Of a stretch of 64,000 bases of DNA, positions 18,473 to 25,897 are shown in pieces; the first letter of the stretch is position 1, and each line of letters starts with the position of its first letter. The DNA lies in the NCBI GenBank assembly GCA_037142615.1, contig JBAXAI010000018.1:11394-75393 (forward strand), given 5' to 3'. The notes beneath the pieces were generated by a model. The model was not told the DNA's origin and did not search any database. It saw only the letters and a program-made list of their open reading frames with translations. Position numbers and translations under genes: made by a program. This stretch comes from Spirochaetales bacterium. Its GTDB lineage: Bacteria > Spirochaetota > Spirochaetia > JABEVK01.

Positions 18473-20314
18473 ATGTGTGGAATTGTTGGTTACGTGGGGC
18501 CTCGCAAGGCCGCTGAAGTGCTGTTGCAAGGGCTCAAGATGCTCGAATACCGCGGCTACGACTCGTCGGGTATCGCCTACCTGCACCGCAACGCCATCAA
18601 GGTGTACAAAAAGGAAGGCAAGATTAACAACCTCGAGAGTGTGCTGCCCGAATCGGCCCCCTCGCATTGTGGGCTCGGGCACACCCGCTGGGCAACCCAC
18701 GGCAAGGTGAACGACCTCAACAGTCACCCCCACCTGAGCCAGTCGGGCAAAATTGCCATCGTGCACAACGGCATCATCGACAACTACAACGCGCTCAAGC
18801 ACGAGCTTCAGGCCAAGGGCGTGGTCTTCAAGAGCGAGACCGACAGCGAGGTCATCGCGCATCTGGTGGAGCAATACCTCGACGCCGACACCGCCGCTGG
18901 TCCCGAGGAAGCCGTTCGCAAGACTCTGGCCCGGCTGGTGGGCACCTACGGCATCGTCGTGCTGTTCACCGACTTTCCCGACCTGCTCATCGGCGCCAAG
19001 AACGGCTCGCCGCTGGTGGTAGGGCAGGGCGACGGCGAAATCTTCCTCGCCAGCGACCCGGCCGCGTTTATCGGCTACACGCGCAACGCCGCCTTTTTGG
19101 AAGACCGCGAAATGGTCGTCATCCGCAAGAATGAATGGGTGACCAAGACCTTGGGCAACGTGGTGGTGGCCCGCGAGGCCGAAGCCCTCAACTGGAGCGC
19201 CGAAGCCGCCTCGATGGGCGAGTTTCCCCACTACTTCGTCAAAGAGATTTTTGAGCAGCCCGAGGCCATGCGCCGAGCGCTGGGTCACGGCGGCCGCCTG
19301 ATGCCCGACTTCGGGACCGCCAAGCTCGGCGGCCTCAACCTTGAAAGCCGTGACTTGCTCGACGTGAAGCGCGTGGTGTTCATCGGCATGGGTTCCGCGC
19401 TGCTGGCCAGCCAGGTCGGCGCCTACCTGCTCGAAACCGTGGCCCGGATTCCCGCCACCGCCGAAGACAGCTCCGAGTTCCGTTACCGCAACCCCATCGT
19501 CGAAAAAGATACGCTGTATTTCGCCGTCAGCCAGAGCGGCGAGACCGCTGACACCATCCTCGCGATGCAAGAGATCCAGCAGCGCGGCGGTCGTGTGCTG
19601 GGCATCGTCAACGCCGTTGGCTCCACCATCGCGCGCCTGTGCAAGGGCGGGGTGTACATCCACGCCGGCCCGGAAATCTCGGTGACGAGCAGCAAGGCCT
19701 TCTTGGGCCAGATGGCGGTGATGAATCTGCTCACTGTCCTGTTCGCGCGTATGCACATTTTGAGTTTGGCGCGCGGACGCGAGATCATCGAACACCTGGC
19801 CGCGCTGCCTGCCTTGATGGACATCGCCCTCCAGCAGAGCCCGCACATCCAGAACGTGGCGCGCAAGTACATCCAGCACAAGAACTTCCTGTACATGGGG
19901 CGTGGCATTCAGTTTCCCATCGCGCTCGAAGGCGCGCTCAAGCTCAAGGAGATCAGCTACGTACACGCCGAGGGCTTCAGCTCGGGCGGCCTCAAGCACG
20001 GTCCGCTCGCGCTGGTGAGCCCCGACACCCCCTGCCTGTTTATCATCACCGAGGGCGAAACCTTCGAAAAGGTGCTCGGCAACATGCAGGAGGTGAAGGC
20101 CCGAAATGGGAAGATTATCGCTGTCACCAATAGTAACGACCAGCGCGTCGCTGCCCTCGCTGACGACGTGATCAAGGTCCCACTCACCGAGGAATTGATG
20201 GCGCCCTTCCTGACGCTCATACCTCTCCAGTTGTTCGCGTACTACACGGCCGTTGAACTGGGTGTCGACGTGGACAGGCCGCGCAATCTCGCGAAGTCGG
20301 TGACAACCGAGTGA
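18473..20314 (+). CDS. glmS: Glutamine--fructose-6-phosphate aminotransferase (isomerizing)
   Basis: MCGIVG, LEYRGYDS, GHTRWATHG, SQSGETADT, EGALKLKEISY, PRNLAKSVTTE. Confidence 0.98.
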   Translation: MCGIVGYVGPRKAAEVLLQGLKMLEYRGYDSSGIAYLHRNAIKVYKKEGKINNLESVLPESAPSHCGLGHTRWATHGKVNDLNSHPHLSQSGKIAIVHNGIIDNYNALKHELQAKGVVFKSETDSEVIAHLVEQYLDADTAAGPEEAVRKTLARLVGTYGIVVLFTDFPDLLIGAKNGSPLVVGQGDGEIFLASDPAAFIGYTRNAAFLEDREMVVIRKNEWVTKTLGNVVVAREAEALNWSAEAASMGEFPHYFVKEIFEQPEAMRRALGHGGRLMPDFGTAKLGGLNLESRDLLDVKRVVFIGMGSALLASQVGAYLLETVARIPATAEDSSEFRYRNPIVEKDTLYFAVSQSGETADTILAMQEIQQRGGRVLGIVNAVGSTIARLCKGGVYIHAGPEISVTSSKAFLGQMAVMNLLTVLFARMHILSLARGREIIEHLAALPALMDIALQQSPHIQNVARKYIQHKNFLYMGRGIQFPIALEGALKLKEISYVHAEGFSSGGLKHGPLALVSPDTPCLFIITEGETFEKVLGNMQEVKARNGKIIAVTNSNDQRVAALADDVIKVPLTEELMAPFLTLIPLQLFAYYTAVELGVDVDRPRNLAKSVTTE

Positions 20315-20387
20315 GTGAGATTGCGATGGCGTAAGCCGACCTTGGTCGGCGTCGCCCGGATTCTCGCGAAGTCGGTGACAACCGAGT
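20287..20387 (+). repeat. 26-bp exact direct repeat of the glmS 3' end (20287-20312 and 20362-20387) flanking a hairpin
   Basis: TCTCGCGAAGTCGGTGACAACCGAGT twice, 75 bp apart; GCCGAC-CTTG-GTCGGC at 20335-20350. Confidence 0.95.
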
Positions 20388-20485
20388 AGTTAGCCTTTTA
20401 CCAAGACCTGTGACACGGCCGAACTTTTGGTCTCAAAAATCAAAGTTTGTATGGATTAATTAGGAATAATGGACATAATAGGAGT

Positions 20486-21700
20486 ATGAGTAACGTAGCC
20501 GAACCGTTTGCCCCCTCGGAAGAGGGTGTTTCTGCTCCTTCGAAGTTGCGCTTGCTTCCCCGTCCGGTCGAAGTCGCGCCCGCCGAAGTTCACCCGACCA
20601 ACCAAGGGGTGCTCCCGACCTTCCTGGTGGGCCTTGTCTTCTGCCTCACCGCCATGTTGTGGGACCTGCTGGTTTCGCGGGAGTTTTCCCTGATCCCCAT
20701 CAGTCCGTTCTGCTTTTTGGGCTTCCTGATCGCGGAGTTCCTGCTCACCGAGCGCTGGTTCCGCAAGGCCGATGCGCAAAGTTCAGCGCTGGGCCAAAAG
20801 GTAACCCAAACGGAAGTGGCTCTGCTTGAGGCCGCCGAAGCCTACCGCCGCTTCGTTCCCGAACAGTTCCTTCGCCATCTGGAGCGCCGGTCCATCTCGC
20901 AGGTTCGCCTCGGCGATCAGGTCGCCCTGGGGATGACCGTGATGTTTGCCGACATCCGCAACTACACAGCCATGAGCGAACATCTCACCCCTGAAGAGAA
21001 CTTCTCGCTCCTCAACAGTTACTTTGGCCACATCGGGCCGGTGATCCGCGAACAGTTCGGCTTCGTCGACAAATACATCGGCGACGCTATCATGGCTTTG
21101 TTCGACGGTCCTGTCGATGAAGCGATCGCCGCCGCCGTCGGCATTCAGCTGGCCACCGCAGAGTACAACCGAAGTCGTTCCGACTACGGCCCCGGGCCCA
21201 TCCATATTGGTGTCGGCCTGCACGCCGGTCCGTTGATGCTCGGAGTGATCGGCGAACTCGACCGCATGGAAAGCACCGTCCTCGCCGATGCTGTCAACCT
21301 TGCCAGCCGAATTGAGTCGCTGACAAAGTACTACGATTGCAAGATTCTCCTTACCCGCACAACCTTTGAGGCGCAGACTGACCCGATGCCCTACGAGACC
21401 CGCCCGGTCGACTTGGTACGGGTCAAAGGCCGCAGCCAGGCCGTCGAACTGCTCGAAATCCTGGACGTTCGCTTCGACCCGAGAGCACGACTCAAGATCG
21501 AGCTGGCCGCTCACTTGGCCGAAGCCCTCATTGTCTATCGCAGCGGAGATCTGATCGAAGCCCGGAGTTTGTTCCAGCGCCTGGCCTACCGGGACCCCGA
21601 AGATATTCTGTACGGCATCTACCGGCGTCGTATCGACGAGATGATTCGCATGGGAATCCCCGATGGCTGGACAGGAATCAACGAGTTCGCGTTCAAGTGA
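20486..21700 (+). CDS. Membrane-bound class III adenylate/guanylate cyclase, paralog 1
   Basis: 2 TM; VMFADIRNYT, DKYIGDAIMA, IGVGLHAG, DAVNLASRIE, VRVKGR. Confidence 0.92.
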   Translation: MSNVAEPFAPSEEGVSAPSKLRLLPRPVEVAPAEVHPTNQGVLPTFLVGLVFCLTAMLWDLLVSREFSLIPISPFCFLGFLIAEFLLTERWFRKADAQSSALGQKVTQTEVALLEAAEAYRRFVPEQFLRHLERRSISQVRLGDQVALGMTVMFADIRNYTAMSEHLTPEENFSLLNSYFGHIGPVIREQFGFVDKYIGDAIMALFDGPVDEAIAAAVGIQLATAEYNRSRSDYGPGPIHIGVGLHAGPLMLGVIGELDRMESTVLADAVNLASRIESLTKYYDCKILLTRTTFEAQTDPMPYETRPVDLVRVKGRSQAVELLEILDVRFDPRARLKIELAAHLAEALIVYRSGDLIEARSLFQRLAYRDPEDILYGIYRRRIDEMIRMGIPDGWTGINEFAFK

Positions 21701-22923
21701 GCCGACCCTTCGTCAAGTCGGATCCGCCCACCAGTCTGGAACCCACCATCGGGCACCTTCGTCTTGTGCCTGTCGCCAGTCCACCGGATCCAGAGGTTCT
21801 GAAGGCCGTTGTCACCGCGAGTCAGCGGGCCTTGGCGCCCACCTTTGCGGTGGGCGTCGTGCTCTGCCTGGCGGGCCTGGCGTTCGATCTGTCGCCGTGG
21901 CATAGACTTGTTGCCGTTCCTGTTACGCCGCTGGTGCTTCTGGGCTACCTCGTGGTCGGTTTCGCGCTGGCCCGAAGGTGGTTTCAGCAGGCCGACGTTT
22001 CAACGGTCGAGCTGAACCAAAAGCTCACTGACACGGAACTCGCCCTGATCGAGGCCGCCGACGCCTACAGTCGCTTTTTCCCCGAGCAGTTTCTGCGGCA
22101 CTTCGAGCGCAAGTCGGTCGCGCAGGTACGTCTGGGGGACCAAGTTGCTCGCGGAATGACCGTCATGTTTGCCGACATCCGCAACTTTACCGCCATGAGC
22201 GAAAACTTGACTCCCGAAGAGAACTTCCGGTTCCTAAACGACTACTATGGTCGCATAGGCCCCGTCATACGGGAACAATACGGCTTCATCGACAAATACA
22301 TCGGCGATGCCATCATGGCCCTCTTCGATGGTCCGGTAGACGAAGCTATCGCTGCCGCTGTTGCCATCCAGTTGGCGACCGCCGACTACAACCTGAATCT
22401 CAAGGACCAGCGGTTTGGCCCCATCACGATCGGTGTGGGCTTGCACAGCGGGCCGTTGATGTTGGGTGTGATCGGCGAGATCGACCGGATGGAAAGCACG
22501 GTGATCGCCGACGCCGTGAACCTGGCCAGTCGCATCGAGTCACTGACGAAGTACTACGATTGCCGAATCCTTCTTACCCGCTCGACCTTTGAGGCTCAGT
22601 CGGATCCATTGCCGTACATGACTCGACCGGTTGACTTGGTCCGGGTCAAGGGCCGCCGGGAGTCCGTGGAACTGCTCGAAATCCTCGACGAGCGGTTTGA
22701 CCCGCGGGCTTTCCTCAAAAGGGACCTCGCGGCGCACTTAGCCGAGGCTCTGATCGTGTACCGACGCGGTGAGTTTCAGGAAGCGCGTATCCTGTTTCAG
22801 CGTTTGGCCTATTTGGACCCGCAAGACGTGCTCTACGGGATCTATCGGCGACGAACCGAAGAGATGGTTCGGCTCGGAAAACCCGAAGGCTGGACGGGAA
22901 TCAACGAATTCGCTTTCAAGTGA
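21697..22923 (+). CDS. Membrane-bound class III adenylate/guanylate cyclase, paralog 2
   Basis: Same motifs; GTGA start/stop overlap; identical C-terminus GWTGINEFAFK. Confidence 0.92.
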   Translation: MSRPFVKSDPPTSLEPTIGHLRLVPVASPPDPEVLKAVVTASQRALAPTFAVGVVLCLAGLAFDLSPWHRLVAVPVTPLVLLGYLVVGFALARRWFQQADVSTVELNQKLTDTELALIEAADAYSRFFPEQFLRHFERKSVAQVRLGDQVARGMTVMFADIRNFTAMSENLTPEENFRFLNDYYGRIGPVIREQYGFIDKYIGDAIMALFDGPVDEAIAAAVAIQLATADYNLNLKDQRFGPITIGVGLHSGPLMLGVIGEIDRMESTVIADAVNLASRIESLTKYYDCRILLTRSTFEAQSDPLPYMTRPVDLVRVKGRRESVELLEILDERFDPRAFLKRDLAAHLAEALIVYRRGEFQEARILFQRLAYLDPQDVLYGIYRRRTEEMVRLGKPEGWTGINEFAFK

Positions 22924-22959
22924 TTCGCACTATCGGTTACACTGCTCGTAGGAGTCCTC

Positions 22960-23601
22960 ATGTCGGAGCAGGTTGTCAAGATTGTTTCCATTACTAAACT
23001 TACCCACAATATCAAGTCCTACAAGGTAGAGAAACCTGCCGACTTCGTGTTCACCTCCGGACAGGCCGTCGAATTGGCGGTGAACCAGAAGCGCTGGGAG
23101 AAAGAACCCCGGCCTTTCAGCCCCGTGAGCCTTCCCAAGGACCATGAGCTGGAGTTTGTCATCAAGTCGTACCGTGAGTCTCGTGGAGTGACTTCGATTT
23201 TTGACACGCTCAAGAGAGACGCCGAGTTGTTGCTTGGTGATCCTTGGGACTGCTTCCACTACAAGGGGCCGGGACTCTTTCTTGCGGGCGGAACTGGCGT
23301 CACGCCGTTCTTGTCCATTTTTCGCCAGCTCGCGTCCGATGGCCGTTTGGCAGGCAACCGCTTGATCTGGGCCAACACCACCGAGCACGACACGTTTTAT
23401 GACGACGAGTTTCACCGTTTGCTCGACGCGGGTTACCTTCCCACGGTTGGGCGGATCAAGTTGTCGGCGATCCGTAAGCTCCTCAAGCCCGCCACCGACT
23501 GGGTGTACATCTGCGGACCCGAGGACTTTGAAACCGCTACGGTCGACTTTGTCACCGAATTGGGCGTACCCACCAACAAAATCCTCCGCGAGGAAGAGTA
23601 G
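22960..23601 (+). CDS. FNR-like FAD/NAD(P)H oxidoreductase (flavodoxin reductase family)
   Basis: FTSGQA, RPFS, AGGTGVTPF, YICGP; AGGAG RBS. Confidence 0.88.
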   Translation: MSEQVVKIVSITKLTHNIKSYKVEKPADFVFTSGQAVELAVNQKRWEKEPRPFSPVSLPKDHELEFVIKSYRESRGVTSIFDTLKRDAELLLGDPWDCFHYKGPGLFLAGGTGVTPFLSIFRQLASDGRLAGNRLIWANTTEHDTFYDDEFHRLLDAGYLPTVGRIKLSAIRKLLKPATDWVYICGPEDFETATVDFVTELGVPTNKILREEE

Positions 23602-23602
23602 G

Positions 23603-24775
23603 TTACAGGACCCGCAGCAACACGCCCTTGAGGTACTCAGCCTCGGGCATGCTGGTTCGGATGGGGTGGCAGGGGGCTTGGTGCAACTGTCGGACCACGT
23701 CGACCCGTCGGCCGGAATCCTTGGCCGCGAAGGCAATCATTTCACGGAAGGCGCCGAAACTCACCAGACCGCTGCAACTGAAACTCGCCAGATAGCCGCC
23801 ACTTTCCAGCAGCTTGAGCGCCTGCAGGTTCAGGTCCTTGTAGCCTCGCATGGCTTTTTCCAAGTGCTCACGCGCCGTGGCAAGTTTGGGTGGGTCGAGC
23901 ACGATGGCACCAAAGGTTCGTCCCTGCTTTTTCAAATCCCGCAGGAGTTGAAAGGCGTCGCCTTCGAAGACCTCTTGTGCGCTGTAGCCGTTGGCAGCCA
24001 AGTTCTTGGCGGCCTGCGCGAGCGCGTCGGCACTCGAATCGAGCAAGCTGACCGACGCCGCCCCGGCGCGCAGGGCGTGAACTGCGAAGCCCCCGGTAAA
24101 CGTGAACGCGTCGAGCACGGTGCGTCCCTTGAAATAGGGGGACACTGCCACCCTGTTGTCCCGCTGATCGGTGTAGAAGCCGGTCTTTTGGGCCGTCGGG
24201 TCCACCAGGAAGCGGGCACCATTCTCGGTAATGGCGATTTCTCCCGAGGTCTGTCCCCACAGCACCCCCGTCACTTCCGGAAGTCCCTCCATTCGGCGTC
24301 CGTCGCCGTCCGATTTTTCCAGGATTCCACGTAAGTTGGGAATGTTCTGCTGAAAGAGTCCGGTGATCAGCGCCTTTTCGCGGTCGGCCCCGCTCGTGAG
24401 GAACTGCAACACCAAAAAGGGACCAAACAGGTCGGCCACGAGCCCAGGAATCCCGTCCGACTCCGAAAAGAACACACGCAACGCGTCGGTGGTGACAAGC
24501 ACCGGCTGGCGCAACGCCCAAGCCTCCTCCAAACGGGTTCGGTACCACAGGTCGTCGATCGTCACGCCCTCGTTCCATTCCATCAGACGCAGCCGGATCT
24601 TTGAACCCGGGTTGAACTGGCCCGTGGCCACGAACTTTCCCTCGGCAGTTCGCACCGTCACTAGTTCGCCCGCCGCAGGCTGACCTTCCACGCGGGAAAT
24701 TGCGCCCGAAAAGACCCAGGGATGGCGGTTGAGCGCCAGTTTCTCCCGACCGGGAAGCAGAGTGACAATCTTCAT
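23603..24775 (-). CDS. rlmI: RlmI/RlmK-like SAM-dependent rRNA methyltransferase
   Basis: PUA-like HPWVFSGAI, ESDGIPGL, QKTGFYTDQRDNR, VLDPPK, FSCS, YLKG. Confidence 0.88.
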   Translation of the reverse strand: MKIVTLLPGREKLALNRHPWVFSGAISRVEGQPAAGELVTVRTAEGKFVATGQFNPGSKIRLRLMEWNEGVTIDDLWYRTRLEEAWALRQPVLVTTDALRVFFSESDGIPGLVADLFGPFLVLQFLTSGADREKALITGLFQQNIPNLRGILEKSDGDGRRMEGLPEVTGVLWGQTSGEIAITENGARFLVDPTAQKTGFYTDQRDNRVAVSPYFKGRTVLDAFTFTGGFAVHALRAGAASVSLLDSSADALAQAAKNLAANGYSAQEVFEGDAFQLLRDLKKQGRTFGAIVLDPPKLATAREHLEKAMRGYKDLNLQALKLLESGGYLASFSCSGLVSFGAFREMIAFAAKDSGRRVDVVRQLHQAPCHPIRTSMPEAEYLKGVLLRVL

Positions 24776-24795
24776 CCGATGAGTCTAACTTGGAT

Positions 24796-24824
24796 TTGCC
24801 TTCGGCTACAATCGTCGCTACATT
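24796..24824 (+). promoter_or_regulatory. Putative sigma70 promoter, leaderless
   Basis: TTGCCT-17-TACATT-7 nt-ATG. Confidence 0.55.
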
Positions 24825-24831
24825 GGGTTTT

Positions 24832-25728
24832 ATGCCTATTCCGACCTACCCCGATTTTGCCCCGATCACGCTGGACATGCGGGGCGAACTGCACCCTTGG
24901 TTCCAGACGTTGGAAGCGGGCCTGTCCGAGTTCACTTTTTCGAACATTTTCTTGTTCCGGCACAACTACGACTACCAGCTTTCTCGTTTTGCCGAGGGTA
25001 AATACCTGATCCTCGGTGCCAAGAATGGGCGGACGTTCTTTTCTGCGCCCTGGGGGCCCCCGTCGCTGGAAATTGTCCAGGAACTCCTGCGAAAGGTGGA
25101 CTTTTACAAGAACCTTAACGAGAGTCAGGTGGCCCAGCACGGGCCCGAGTACGAGGCGGCGGGCTATCAACTGGTCGAAGACCGCGACAACTTCGACTAC
25201 CTGTACGATAGTACCGAAATGGCCACCCTGGACGGCAAGAAGTTCCACAAAAAGCGCAACCACATCCATCAGTTTTTCGCGGCCTACCCTGCCGGCTTTG
25301 AAGGTCGTGACATGACCAGCGCCGCCGCCGATACCGAAGCGGCCCTGGCAGTCCTGGAGCATTGGCAGAGCAGCCGCGAAGACCGTTCCGACTATCTGCC
25401 CTCCAAAGATGCTATCTATTTGCGCGACGAACTCGAGCTGGCCGGGCGAATCTGGACGCTGAACGGCCGAACCGTGGGCTTTGCCCAAGGCGAACCGACC
25501 CAACTTGGGCAGACGTTTACCATTCATTTTGAGAAGGCCGACGGGTTCGAGTACAAAGGGGTCTACCAGGCGATCTTCTTCGATTGGGCGGGGCTGCTCA
25601 AGGACCGCTTCGCGCTGATTAACCGCGAGCAGGACCTCGGCGACCCCGGCCTGCGGCAGGCCAAAGAGACCTATCGGCCTGTCGGTTTTGTGCGCAAGTA
25701 CCGGGTGGAGAAAGCACCCCCGGCGTAA
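24832..25728 (+). CDS. DUF2156 / LPG synthase C-terminal-like GNAT protein
   Basis: SEFTFSN, DRDNFDYLY, GKKFHKKRNH, HFEKA, INREQDLGDPGLRQAK.TYRP. Confidence 0.85.
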   Translation: MPIPTYPDFAPITLDMRGELHPWFQTLEAGLSEFTFSNIFLFRHNYDYQLSRFAEGKYLILGAKNGRTFFSAPWGPPSLEIVQELLRKVDFYKNLNESQVAQHGPEYEAAGYQLVEDRDNFDYLYDSTEMATLDGKKFHKKRNHIHQFFAAYPAGFEGRDMTSAAADTEAALAVLEHWQSSREDRSDYLPSKDAIYLRDELELAGRIWTLNGRTVGFAQGEPTQLGQTFTIHFEKADGFEYKGVYQAIFFDWAGLLKDRFALINREQDLGDPGLRQAKETYRPVGFVRKYRVEKAPPA

Positions 25729-25838
25729 AGCGACATTTTTGTCTGATCATCCCACCGTCCGGTAGCCAGCCGTGTCTGCCATCGATCAACCCCTTGCCAA
25801 AACCGCAGTTTCCGGGCAGAATTCCGCCGGTCTGCCTC

Positions 25839-25855
25839 TTGGCACGTGTTTTGCT
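25839..25855 (+). promoter_or_regulatory. Sigma54 (-24/-12) promoter of glnA
   Basis: TTGGCACG-TGTT-TTGCT, an exact match to TGGCACG-N4-TTGC. Confidence 0.85.
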
Positions 25856-25897
25856 AAGGCAATAGATCTCATAGACCCTTTTGATAGGAGTACAAAC

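Noticed and set aside
20312-20356. Selenocysteine recoding (UGA + hairpin)
   Set aside because: The UGA is at the normal GlmS terminus, not a Cys-equivalent site, and the hairpin is not recognisably a SECIS
20287-20387. CRISPR mini-array (26-bp repeats, 49-bp spacer)
   Set aside because: Only two copies, the first is glmS coding sequence, and there are no cas genes or leader
20486-22923. Diversity-generating retroelement template/variable repeats in the cyclase pair
   Set aside because: Similarity spans whole catalytic domains, differences do not look adenine-specific, and there is no reverse transcriptase
20390-23601. Intact Tn7-like element downstream of glmS (TGT at 20409)
   Set aside because: No tnsABCD genes, repeated TnsB sites or matching far end recognised
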